64,000 nt of DNA from Felis catus (lineage: Eukaryota): assembly GCF_018350175.1 (NCBI RefSeq), contig NC_058373.1:105278001-105342000 (forward strand), read 5' to 3'. Numbering within the stretch: the stretch's first letter is position 1; every line of letters begins with the position of its first letter. The notes beneath the pieces were generated by a model, which worked only from the letters and a program-made list of their open reading frames with translations, was not told where the DNA came from and did no database searches. Both the position numbers and the translations under genes were made by a program. Positions 40,640 through 52,778 of the stretch are shown piece after piece.

Positions 40640-40846
40640 CTTTTTTTTTAATTTTTTTATTTATTTTTAAGACAGAGAGAGACAGAGCATGAGTGGGGAT
40701 GGGGCAGAGAGAGAGAGGGAGGGAGACACAGAATCTGAAGCAGGCTCCAGGCTCCAGCCTGATGCAGGGCTCGAACTCACGAACAGCGAGATCATGACCT
40801 GAGCCGAAGTCGGATGCTCAACCGAATGAGCCACCCGGGCACCCCC
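40640..40846 (-). mobile_element. SINEC with a short internal deletion
   Basis: TSD gcacac(g/a)tttctt. Lacks the tgagctgtcagcacaga segment. Confidence 0.9.
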
Positions 40847-42169
40847 GCACACATTTCTTATGTCAGGTCCTCAAGCTTCTCTCAGATATTTGGTTACTGA
40901 AATGCTTTTTAGGTTTCACTTTAGAACCTATTTTTCTTTGGAATAACCTTTTGGACAGTTCTGCTTGTAATGGTTCCCATTAAACAAATAGAAGAAAAAT
41001 GCTATTCTCTGGATCATAATTCATATTTGATATTCATCTACAAATCTCTGGATGGGGTGAACACTACTTAATTTTAAACATTACCCCCCGGTTTCTGGTT
41101 TTTACAGCTTCTTTTTGAGAAGGATGTTTTTGAATTTTAGCAAAAGCATTTTTTAAAGGTGTTGGTAGTTTTCCCCCTCTAACCGTAGGAAACTTGGCTT
41201 TTCTAAATTTTAGGGTAGAGGTATAATCTTTTATTTATTCCATTCCTTGTTTACGTGAACTTTTCAAGTAAAAAAGTTCAAGTTTCTTGTCTGCTCATCA
41301 GTATTTTTTTTTATGGGATTATTTCTGGCTAGTGTTACTCTGTATATTCCTCTCCCACCACCTCAAACCTTTTGGAATAACCTATGTGTGTAAAGTAAAT
41401 TAAATGGCATTTTTGATGTTCTAAGCTTTGAAAAATTTCACTTTATAATTTCCAACTTCTAGGATGAACGTTTCAGGAGACATGCTACTAAGAGGCAGAC
41501 TCTGTCAAGATCAAGGCTGTGAATATTGCTGGGCTTAGGTGCGTTAACACCAGGATAGCAGGCATTCAAAATGTTCCCTTGGTATACATCCTAAAATAAA
41601 TTTGCTTTTTGTGCACACTAATAGAATCGTACATAAATGTTTTGATTTTCAAAAGATGATTAGCTCAGTGTATTTCTTATCACTTGCCTAGTCCTGGTCT
41701 CTTAATTTTGCTTTTTAAATGCTAAACATGTATTTAGATCAGTTTTATGGCTTTTCTATGAAAAACTCAAAATGTTTTTCTGTCAAATTAATGAAATAGT
41801 TCATGGTGGATTACCATCCCTAATCCAAGAATAATTTTGCTGTTGAAACATTTTTATCTTTTAAAAAATTGCCCTGATGTTCTGGTATTTCCTAATAGAT
41901 GAGTAACTTGAACAATAGTGGGAGCCGAATCCTTAGTATTTCTGTGATATTGCTGAGAAATCCCACGGAAATACTGCTTTCTACCATATGTTCCTATGTG
42001 TGCTGTTTAACAAAAATTAACTATGAAGAGCATTGGGCATGCAGTGTAGTAACAATATTTATGGACCAGGCTGGGCAGCCATATAAGGATTTGTCATCCT
42101 AGGGTATGAAGGTTGAACACAACCTTCTAGATTCTTCTAATATAGAATCATCATTTAGTCATCACACTT

Positions 42170-43450
42170 CGGTTGCCCTCTTAAAGACTATCTTGAAAAT
42201 GCATTGGAGAAAGACAAACAGGATCATTATTATGAGAAATCCCATCATTATAGTTGTAGAAAAGTTCAGAAGGCCAGTTTTTTTAATGTGACCTAGCCCA
42301 TGCCGGGAGAATAGATTCCAAGTCTCAGACTGTCAAACCTTTGAGAATAATCAGCATGTGCCTGTCTTTTCTAAAGACATTTTTTTTTTCTTGTCCTGAA
42401 GTGTTTACCTAGAAACAATAGGAAATATAGCCAGAGTGCAGATGCCCCCCGTTGTGAGGCCAATAAATATTGTAAAACTGTGTAATGGTCCATTAATTGC
42501 CAAGGGAGCAAGCAAATCAAAGCTCTTTTCCCGGGTCTCTGTGATGTGTATGGTCTCATTTTTAATTTCAGCTATTGTGAAGGATAAGTCCCTGATGCAT
42601 CTTGCGAATTCAGGGAGCCCTAACCAAGGTAAAATCCCCTCAAACTCCTCTGACTTCTGGAAGGTCACTCCTTTGAGACCTCTGAAGAGACCCAGATGGT
42701 CGGGACTAAACAGGATTTAAAACTTCGTAGTAGCCAGTAAGAAATCCCAAGAACAGTATACACAGAAGTCACAGATAAAGAGCAGGCCTGGTGCTACATA
42801 ATTGATATGATCTATACATAGAGTTGAAAGTGTATGTCTTTTCCCCTGAATTATGATGACAGTGGTAACTCTTTCAGTCGACACTTTGTAGCATACTTTT
42901 TTCTGAACAAGGGCATTTTTCCTTTCTATGTTTCACAAGGTGTTACCTTAAGAGTAAGTATGTAAGTTGTAATATAGGAGGTATTTCTACTGTTGTTGTA
43001 TGGGATTTCTCGGTGAGCTTGCTGTGTATTTTTATTTCCTTTGGTCATTTTCTCCAACAGTTGCATGGGTCTTGAAAGTACCATAGACACCCAGGATTAT
43101 TTGAAGAGCTGATTGATTTTGCTCTTTGGATAAAATATTGGCTGTGTGCAATTCTATAGAGCAACCAGCCTGAGTGTCTGGGTCTGGAAATATTTGCTGT
43201 ATGTTCTAAAGTATAGAGATGATGTTCAGATCTTATCCTTGATGGGGTTGTTTGCCAGCATTAAAGCAGAGGTGTTCCCATGATTTGAGTGACCTCTGGA
43301 GTTCAAAATGGGTAACAGGTTCAGTAAGAGGTCAGTTTAGCAGAGGAGGCCGTGGTTTGATCATTCTCAGAAACAAGGTAAGGGAAATGAAAAAAAGCAG
43401 AGTTATAGAGAATATAGAAAAGGAAAGCAGTAGCCCATAGTTACACATTA
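42170..43450 (-). pseudogene. Decayed retroviral env of an ancient class I ERV
   Basis: On the - strand, in order: hydrophobic signal-like LLSFSIFSITLLFFISLTLF; KLTSY*TCYP (decayed CWxC, 43309-43338); APGLLFICD; fusion peptide ILPWLG; heptad IRDLSFTIAEIKNET...KSFDLLA; immunosuppressive-like MDHYTVLQYLLASQ; GGICTLA..SYCF*VNTSGQ (CX6CC, across a frameshift); WNLFS; TM helix IMMGFLIIMILFVFLQCIF. Confidence 0.85.
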
Positions 43451-43687
43451 ACAATCTTACAAGGAAGTCAGTCACTTTAATTGGGCATAAAAAAAAAAGT
43501 TCTGTTTTTGTTTCATTGTCGTGGGTGGAATTGGCACTTCCAAAGTCATCCCTTGATCTGAAGGTCTCACGTAAGCTGTTTGTGCCTTGAAGCCATCTGC
43601 CTTGGGAAGTTTTTCCGGTTAGCCTCAACTTGCAGTCACTCATGGGAGTGAGTGGAAGTCCATCGGTCTGAGTTGGAAGTTCATTTT

Positions 43688-43926
43688 CTTTCTTTTTTTT
43701 TTTTAAATTTTTTTTCATGTTTATTTATTTTTGAGACAGAGAGAGACAGAACATGAACGGGGGAGAGTCAGAGAGAGAGAGAGAGAGGGAGACACAGAAT
43801 CTGAAACAGGCTCCAGGCTCTGAGCTGTCAGCACAGAGCCTGACGCGGGGTTCGAACCCACAGACCGCGAGATCATGACCTGAGCTGAAGTCAGACGCTT
43901 AACCAACTGAGCCACCCAGGCGCCCC
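43688..43926 (-). mobile_element. SINEC inserted in ERV integrase end
   Basis: TSD tggaagttcattttc. Confidence 0.92.
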
Positions 43927-44034
43927 TGGAAGTTCATTTTCATTATGACATATTAACCCCCGAGTGGACTGTTCCAACTGTTGTCAATAGGGCCTAAAAC
44001 GCCTCCTTCTGGTAACGTTCTAAAGCATTTTTGC

Positions 44035-44609
44035 ATCTGCATCACTGTGTTTGCAAAACAAACCACCCCAAAACTAGGTGGCTTAAAGCAACCATTTATA
44101 TATTCATAACTCTGCGGATGAGCAATTTGGTTGAGCTCAGTGGGGACAGATTGGCCCTGCTCCTCTTGATGCTGTCAGGTCGCACACATGCATTTACACT
44201 CTGTTAGTAGTTGATGGCCTCACTCTCATGCCCGGTGGTCGCTGGCCATTGGCAAGGCAACGCAGGTATCTGGGCCATGTGTCTCATCATATAGCAGGCT
44301 AGCCTGAGCTCATTCACATGGTGTTGGTGTGAGGGTTCCTAAGAGCAGCAAGAGAGGGTGAGTTCTGATATGCAAGCAGTTTGCAAGCCTCTGCTTACAT
44401 CATGGTGTTAATGCCCTGTTGGCCAAGCAAGTCATATGTCCAAGCCCAGACTCAGAGAGTAGAGAAATAGACTCTGTCTCTCTGTCTCTCTGTCTCTCTG
44501 TCTCTCTGTCTCTCTGTCTCTCTCTCTCTCCCTAGGAAGATCTGTACAGTCACAGATAAAGGAGCATACGTGTGGGAAGAATTTGTGGCCATTTTTGCAA
44601 TTTAACACA
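44035..44609 (-). mobile_element. MLT1-type MaLR LTR containing a (TCTCTG)-like microsatellite (~44472-44530)
   Basis: aacaaaccaccccaaaact.gtggcttaaagcaac ... gtggccatttttgcaat..aca termini. Confidence 0.8.
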
Positions 44610-44894
44610 CACTGATGTCTTTTCTAGCAGACCTGGCCACTGTGCTAGAAGTTATATGAAGATTTAGGTGATGTCTCTTTCAAAAAGGTGGCTTGTACAT
44701 GTTGAGGATACGATGATATTCCAGATAAGCTGCTGACAATATTTAGCTAAGTCTGCCTGCAACAAAAGACAGTAACGGGTGGAGTTCTCAATCGCTTAGG
44801 GCATCTTGTCCCGGGGAGATGATTGTGTGGCCATTAACACTAGTGACAGAACATTAGGCTAAGCCAGATTAAGAATTTTTGATAGTTTAGAACT

Positions 44895-45365
44895 GGTGTC
44901 AGCAAGTTTTCTCAGTAATGGGCCAGGTTAGTTAACATCATATAGGCTTTGCAGGCCACATGTGGTTGCTGTCACATGTTCTTTTTTCTTCTTTGCTTTT
45001 ATTTTTTTTTTAACGTTTACTTATTTCGAGAGAGAGAGAAAGAGAGTGCGAGGGGAGGGGCAAAGAGAGAGGGAGACACAGAATCTGAAGTAGGCTCCAG
45101 GCTCTGAGCTGGCAGCACAGAGCCTGACACGGGGCTCGAACCCACAAACCGGGAGATCGTGACCTGAGCCGAAGTCAGATAGATGCTTAACCCACTGAGC
45201 CACCCAGGCGCCCCTCTTCTTTGTTTTTTTTTTTTTTTAAGAAACTTTTAAAACATGCAAAAACTTTTATTTATTTTTATTTTATTTTTTATTTTTTGCT
45301 CACGGACCATATGAAAACAGTATGCAGGTCAGATTTATCCCATAGTCGGTAGCTAGTCAATTCCA
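44895..45365. mobile_element. MER58-like hAT element with a nested antisense SINEC (~45000-45214)
   Basis: gtcagcaa.ttttct..gtaa.gggccag...aggctttgcaggccaca motif; SINE flanked by tcttctttg. Confidence 0.75.
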
Positions 45366-46086
45366 GATTGAGGCAAGTTTTAGCTTCAGTATCTCATTTG
45401 TTCTTTCTATCATTGGTGAATGGAGAGTAAAGTTTGTGTGTTAGGAGAGAAATCCTGCAGAGTTCCTGTATTACTGTTACAGTGAAATGAGTTCCTCACC
45501 CACTGGATAGGAGAGTAGGAATTCCTTGTGTTCAGAACACAAAGTCTAGCATTATTTCCCTTCTGTAATATCAGTAGCTTTTCAAGGAATGGGTTTTATT
45601 CATCCTGAAAATGTACAGACTATTGATGATATATATTTATTGCCTGAAAACTGGGTAGTTGTATAAAATCCACTGATAATGCTCACAGGGTCTTGAGGAG
45701 TTTCTGTATTTTGTTTTGCCTTTTCAGGCTTACCTGGGTTATATTAGTTATAGGTAAGACATGATTCTGCCAATTCCTGGTGAAATTTTGAAGAACGTAT
45801 TTTGTTAGGTATTTACTGTGGAACTTCATTAGATTCTCTCATTATGCAAACAATCACGGGGCAATTTAATTAGCCTCCATAGATGGGTCGTGGTCCTCCT
45901 GAGCAGCTGTTTGGAGATTGCCAGAACCTATCTTTATGGAGAATATGTCCTTGTAATTGCCAATATTGCTTTGCAGAAAAGGTTGGGTTGATTGTTATGA
46001 GTCACTTATAGCCTGTCTAAAATGAGCCAGTTTTCTTTCCAAGTTTAGTGGAAAGTATAGTTGGGATAATAAAAGCTGCTCATTTA

Positions 46087-46310
46087 GGGGCGCCTGGGTG
46101 GCACAGTCGGTTAAGCGTCCGACTTCAGCCAGGTCACGATCTCGCGGTCCGTGAGTTCGAGCCCCGCGTCAGGCTCTGGGCTGATGGCTCAGAGCCTGGA
46201 GCCTGTTTCCGATTCTGTGTCTCCCTCTCTCTCTGCCCCTCCCCCGTTCATGCTCTGTCTCTCTCTGTCCCAAAAATGAATAAAAACGTTAAAAAAAAAT
46301 TAAAAAAAAA
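46087..46310 (+). mobile_element. Young felid SINEC inserted at the ERV RNase H end
   Basis: Perfect TSD aaaagctgctcattta(g); CpG intact. Confidence 0.95.
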
Positions 46311-46789
46311 AAAAGCTGCTCATTTAGCACATGAATTAATAAGGGTGTTCCTTAGTTTCTGGGATAATATGTTGCTGTGTCTACCCTAACGATGTATTTT
46401 TTTAAATATTGAATAGATTTAATGAATCGTTAATATCTTTACCATTTTTGATCAAGGTACCTTAAGGAGTAAAAATAAGTACACCTTGTTTCCATAACCT
46501 CCCAAAGCTATGAGTGATTCAAAATTCATATTTACTCTACGTTTAATGTTTACCATTTCTTCTTTTGCCAGAGTGCAAAGTCAAGTTGTAGTAGTTAGTT
46601 CATCTACTTGGGCAGATGGAACATTAAGCAAGGGAGCAGCTTTGGTAGCTGCATGTTCAGTGGTGACAGCGTATCTTGCACAGGAAATGCCTTTGTCATT
46701 TTTAAGATAAGAGCCGTCTACAAATAGTACTAAATCAGGATTAGGATTTGACCTGGCCATTCTGTGTGTATAGTTCTTACTTTTTGCCA

Positions 46790-47540
46790 AAGTATATAAT
46801 TTATACAGAAAAGTACTAGTAGTGAGAGCTCATTTAATTTTCATGTGTGTATATATACCTCTGCATAGAGACAGAACATTTCCTAGCACCTCAGAAGGTT
46901 CCTTTCTGCCCCCTTCCCAGTCAAAACACACCCCTCCTCATCCAGAGGTAACCACCATTCTGACTTAAAAAAAAAAATGTTTATTTATTTATTTTGAGAG
47001 AGCAAGCAAGTGTGAGCAGGGGAGGGGCAGAGAGAGAGGGAGAGAATCCCAAGCAGGCTCCGTGTTCTCAGCGTAGGGCCCGATACAGGCCTCGAACTCA
47101 CGAACCGTGAGATCATGACCTGCGCTGAAATCAAGAGTCGGACGCTTAACCAGCTGAGCCACCCAGATGCCCCCCACCATTCTGACTTTTATCACCATCA
47201 GTTAGTTCTGCTTATTTTTGAATATAAGTGGAATCATATAGTATATACTAATTTCTTATTGGCTTCTTGTGTGAAATATAATGTCTGTGAGATCCATACA
47301 TGTTTTTGCATGTATCAGTAGTTTGTTTTTTTATTGCCATGTGGCATTCCATTGTACAAATATTCCTCAGTCTATTTATTCATTCTACTGTTGATGGACA
47401 TCTGGGTTGTTGCTACTCTTTGCTATGAACAAAGCTGCTCTGAATATTATTGTATATTTATTTTGGTGGACAGATGCACTAATTTCTTTTGGGTATATTT
47501 CTGGGTAATAGGGTAGGCATGTGTTTAGCTTTAATAGGAC
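46790..47540 (-). mobile_element. Old L1 3' UTR fragment with a nested SINEC (~46968-47172)
   Basis: acagaacatttc...gaggtaaccaccattctgactt...ggaatcatatagtat motifs; SINE TSD ccaccattctgactt. Confidence 0.8.
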
Positions 47541-48899
47541 CTAGGCATTCTTTATGCTGAAGGTACCATTAAAAGTCATGGATTCCTTTTCATCTAGAAG
47601 GGGTAGTAAGTGGTGGGATTAAAGAATGGTGTTAAATTGAGGTGTGCAAAGTGGGTAATAGAAGGATTTCATAGTCAGTATGACATAATTAGCTGACAGA
47701 GAAAACCTGAGTGTTGCCTAGAAGTATCGGGATTGCTTGGCAGGTGGAATGTGGAGTTTGTGTAGAAGTCAGCATTAATCAGCCTAGTGTAGAAGCTTTG
47801 GTCAGTTAGTCACTGCTGCCCCCATATGGGTATATTGCATACCCATACAGGATGGGTATATTGTAGCTACCAGATCAAGAGATTTGTTCAGATAGGGAAT
47901 AAACTTCTGGTGTGAACCTCTGCCCAATTAACACTCCCCATCAGGCAATCTTGTCTTTCCTGAACAATCGGAGAGGAAGGGTCACAGTTAGGGATATGCG
48001 AAGTTTAGAGTTCTACCTTAGCATCCCGTGGGAATGCTTCTGAACTCGTGTCTTGGTAAGCTCTTCTAAGGGTAATCCTGAAAATACTCTCAGTTGTCTT
48101 TGAGTTGGGGTCTTGACTATAAGGGAGTATTTTTTATTTTGGAAGACAGGGAGTGTCTACCAATGAACAGTTCATGACCAAAATTATTTAGTTTCGAATT
48201 TTGTAGTTATTGTGTCAATTATGTAGTTACAGTTTTCCAATTATTTAAGTCAAAATTATGCCCAGTTGTAACTTTTCTCTAGATATTTTATGTCCCTTTT
48301 CTGCCTGTTGTAGTAAGAGATATTTGAAGTCATCCTATCCTGTGAACCACTTAGATTAGGAGAACACAGCAATTAATATCTACCTGATGTGTTAGAGTGG
48401 ATTCTCATGGAAAACTCAAATTAAGCTCACTTATTTGGTTTTGGACACTGAGAAAAACATGAGTATAATTCTATATGTCCTCAAGTCCCATGATTTTTGT
48501 ATATGAAGCAAGCAAGTACCAATTCTCCTTAACTTCTGGTTACTAAAGAAGGCTACCTATATATCCTCTGCCATCAAATATTTACTCATGGAGGACAAGA
48601 TCGTATTTTGTAGGAATATCATAAATTTAAGAATCATAATTGTATTGACTGATCTGAGGTCTCAAATCATTTTCCGTTAGGTTTATTTCTTAGCAATGTG
48701 AGCATTGCAAGGACTGATACAAGTAGAAAGTAGCCCATGTTCTAAAACAAACAAGCAACCAAAAAATCAAAAAGGGATTGAACCTGAGATCTCTTCAGTT
48801 TTGAGTAAGTCTTGGGCAATTTAGGCAGGAGTCCATAAGGATCTCTTTGAATCTTGATAGGGTTAGCATTCATAAGCATAGCCCTTAACCTTTGGATGC

Positions 48900-49460
48900 G
48901 GTCTTTATTCTTAAGCTATGACCCTTTGAGGTTTTCAGTGGAATGCTCAAACTGTTTACCAAGCGCCTCTAAGTTGGAGGTGCATGAATCCTAAACTGTC
49001 TTCCCAGGATCAGGCAACTGTTGACATCTCAACCCAGCTCCTTCAGGCTTCCAGCTGTTGCTTTCCACTGTGTTCTTAGATTTTCACCCAGCACATGTGC
49101 ACTTCAAGGATCAGCTAAGGGTTTGAGAATTTGTATGCAAATATCGAGGCTCTTCACATTTCCTGCACATCTATTCCCTTCTTTATGGAAATCTTTGCTG
49201 CTCAATTTTCAGCCTTTCTGAGAGCCCTGAACTCTGATTCTGACTTTCAAGCCCAGCCAGACTGCCCCTTTTGCTTGAGTGTATCCTCCATGGTCATGGG
49301 CCCTGGGAAGTGGCCAGGTAAATACGGATCTCAACAAGTGTGTTTTCTTTCTTTCAAGGTACGAATGTTCTCCAGCTCCTGCCTGCTGGTGATCACTCTT
49401 CAGTGCCTTCCAATGATTGCTTTTTGTATTTTGGCCAGATTTTATAATTGTCACTGGCCA
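48900..49460 (-). mobile_element. Probable old L1 5'-region fragment
   Basis: Resembles L1M 5' UTR in reverse (agccctgaactctga, cctgcctgctgg..atcactcttcagtgccttc). Confidence 0.45.
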
Positions 49461-50079
49461 GAGAGTCTGTTATGAGATACTTTAACATTACTGGAAGCTG
49501 GAATAGGAGCCTCAGTAAAGTGGTGAGGGAAGGGTAGCCACACGTTCCTTTGTTAGCCTTCTCCTTCCTTCTCTTTCCTCTGTCATCGATCTTTCCACCA
49601 CTGGCCCTAGCGAGAATTTGGAGAAAAAAGATGATCTCCCACTGCACTCTCACTCCCTCTCTCACCAATGATATCCTAAAATACTCAAAGAGTCATTCTA
49701 ATTCTGGCTTTGGACCACTTAAAAACTACCACGCACAGGCCTCCGCCACGCTTACCGAATCAATAGCTGGTGGAAGAGCCCAAGTGATTGCGATGGTTAG
49801 CCAGGATTGGGAACCATTACCACAGGACAGAGACCTGAAAATGCTTCTTGAATGAACAAGTGAATGAATGCATATGCACAACTGGTAACGGTGAGATCAC
49901 TCACACAAGTGAAACTTGCCTCCTCTTCCGCAGGCTGGTTCTCATGTATCCTGCATTATTGAGGACTTGTCCTAGTGCTATGGAAAGTATCAGCCAGAGT
50001 GTGTTTTGACACTGATATATGATGCCTTGCTTCATGGGAAATAGTTCAGGAACCGCCAGGAAGTCTGAAGTCCGTTGAG

Positions 50080-50420
50080 AATGTGTTAAATGTGAAGTGT
50101 CCTGTTAGGTTTCTCAATCTCTCAACAGTCTTGAAATTTGTTTGTCCTTGTTCCAGTTTATGTGCTCCTGAAAAAGGCCTTTTATTATCCGGCATCTGTC
50201 ACTTAAAGATATCCTTAACTGAGGAAGCAAACCTCACTTATCTTTAGAAGTGTTTTACTTGGATCAAAAAGCAGCTGAATCCAAATGCTTTATGATGCCT
50301 GAAAAATAACACCCAGAGGTACAGTTCTAAAGCAACTTTGAAATCTTCCCCTCCTAATAAGAGTCTTTCTCCTTTGGGAGGATAAGTTTTTAAGAGGTAA
50401 TAATCTGGTTCTTGGCATTA
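50080..50420 (-). pseudogene. Possible gag remnant of the same provirus
   Basis: Weak motifs EDFKVALELY and HINWNK at the expected position upstream of pol. Not decisive. Confidence 0.3.
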
Positions 50421-51085
50421 ACCTGAGACCCCTTTGCTATTAAATGTTGTAAACAAAGCTCTTGCTTGTGAGATGAATGCACGTCAAGGCTCAGGGACTT
50501 TAAACTTCCAATAAGAAAAGGGATGTGTGTTTCACCATGAATTGATAGCCTCATTCTGTGATTGCTTTCGAGGACTTTGGTTTAGAACAGGGAGACCATC
50601 CACAGGAGGGTTTCTATGGGGACGACAGGATGTGGTTCCCATCCTCTAAGTGCTAACATGGCGTAAGTTGTCCCCCAATAGGTTTCTGGGAGGTACATAG
50701 CTGTATCTTCACTTTCACTGCATGCGTTGTTGCAGTAACACTAATCAGTGATGAGAAGTGCATGTACAGGTTGTGATGTTTCTCTTCCGAAGCGCAGTCA
50801 GTAAAGCATAGTTTTGTTTTGGGTTGGTTCTCTTTTCTTGCTACACATTCATATCTGGATCTTCTCTCTTAGAATGCAACTTCCTGCAAAGCAGCGATGA
50901 TGATTTTAAGGAAAAAATAAATGTAACACCTAGCACAAGACCATAGTCCTTTAATACACAAAAGGTTTTGGTACTTTTTCATAATAATTATATGCACCAA
51001 TTTGGAGCCTTGTGAAATCATGGATTATACAAGCAGAGCTCGAATTGGCACTTCTTGGCCAGCTGTTTTCCCAATTGAAGAAGAA

Positions 51086-51278
51086 GGGCACCTGGGTGGC
51101 TCAGTCGGTTGAGCATCCAACTCTTGGTTTCGGCTCAGGTCATGATCTCACAGTTCATGGGTTTGAGCCCCGTGTAGGGCTCTGCATTGACAGTGCAGAG
51201 CCTGCTTGGGATACTTTGTCTTCCTTTCTCTCTCTCTTTCTCTCTCAAAGATAAATAAGCATTTTTTTTTAAAAAAAA
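51086..51278 (+). mobile_element. SINEC
   Basis: Head, shortened CT linker, A tail. Confidence 0.88.
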
Positions 51279-52778
51279 GAACAGCTAGGTAAAAAAGAAT
51301 ATCTATTTAGAAACTTTATCAACATATTTACTTTTCCATGTCAGAGTTTTCTAAAGTTTTTTCACAGCATTATTGTTTTATTTGACTTAATCACCCAGAT
51401 AGGACAGAGGGTTAATTAGGAAGAGAAGCAAAGTGAGGATGAAATGTGCTTGGGGCAACTAAAGACGTTTAAACATGTACTTTAAACTCAAATTACATTG
51501 ATCCCTTTCACATCTATATGAACATAAAGCTTCACAAAAGGGTCCCTAAATTCCCTGTTTTTATGGGATTCTTCCTGAATTTCTCCCCGCCCCCATTTTT
51601 TTTTTTTCCTTTCTCCCTTAGAATGCTAAATATCCTTCGCTCTGGAGACGAAATTAGGTGCATCTTGAATTCATTTCTTAGAACATAAGAAATCTTTCTC
51701 TTCCCCATGAGCTGTCAGTACCATTTATATGTTAAGTGAAAGGCAACCCTTTTCCTGAAGGAGGAACTCCAACTTTCTTTGGGGATTATCTAAACAATGT
51801 CACGTGTCCTCTTCCCTCTGTTCCATCTTCACATGAGAAAGCATAAATCATGTAACCCAACAAATAAACACAATTGACATGTTATTTCTCTTCCCCGTAG
51901 AGACATCGGTTCTTTAATCTGCTCTTTCTTGCGAGCAGGCCTGCGTTAGAGGACTGAAATCCGAAATGTATACACAACGGTATTCTGTAAGTAAGCGCGT
52001 GTTAGAGAAGTTTAATGGAACACGACTACGTGAATACCTCTTGCTCTTTTGCTCCTCTCATCCCGTTTGGCTATAAAAACCAGAAAGCATTCCTGCTGGA
52101 AGGGGAACAGCTAGCTGAGAGGGGAAAATCTAACCGTGAAGTGTTGGCAATGCTCAGTGCCAAGAACCTGAGACTTTCTTTCAAGCGTGATGTTTCATTG
52201 TTAAGATTTTATAAGAAGTTAGCTTTGACCTATTAAGAAAAGGGTGATTTAGCAATGGGGGGAAAGGAGCAATTCTGTTCCATTCATTCTTCTCTAGTAT
52301 AAACAAGGTATGAGGCTAATGCTCTCTTGGCATAACATGAAGCTCTGAACTAACAAAAGAGGTGCAATTAAAGCTCACCTGGCCTCAGAGGTCTTCTTTC
52401 CATAAAAGTTAGACTCTAATGACTGGTGCTCAGTGACCAAAATTGGCCCAGGACATTGGCTGGGACTTTTAATTGTTATAGAGCAGTTCTACCAAAATAA
52501 AAGCCATTAAACTGGCTGGAGGAAGCCTAAGAGAGGAGAGCAGGGTAGCCTCTTTGTGTGTTTGTTTCAGGGGTGAGCCCCGTGGATAGGGCTCTGCCTG
52601 TGTGAACGTTGGTTTGTCAACCCCTCAAGACAATCCATGGGTATCTTTTGAAGTCTGTTTGAGAAAGGCCAAGAAAGTGAGTCTTGTTCCCGAAGGAACT
52701 GGGTTATGCTGTGATTTTATCATGGTTCCCTTTGGTCTACATGGTTCCCAACACTCAACACACAGGGTGCAGGCAGTG

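Larger units (their letters stand above)
43560..48890 (-). pseudogene. Decayed retroviral pol (RT - RNase H - integrase) of the same provirus, interrupted by later insertions
   Basis: - strand motifs in colinear order: NPIKIQRDP..LPKLP (~48.8 kb); SPCN...KPNGK...DLRSVNTI (~48.63-48.72 kb); LDLVATIYP (~47.87 kb); RNase H LFVDGSY..G...RYAVTT...SAQVDEL (46581-46750); integrase YNPGK, VDFIQLP (45653-45673), IVCTFSG*, GIP...GTHFT, ERTNEILKLKL (45375-45407), KRHQ|KNALE..ALLTT. Confidence 0.88.

Noticed and set aside
42170..43450. Intact syncytin-like domesticated env
   Set aside because: Multiple stops and frameshifts; CWxC, ISD and CX6CC are all degraded.
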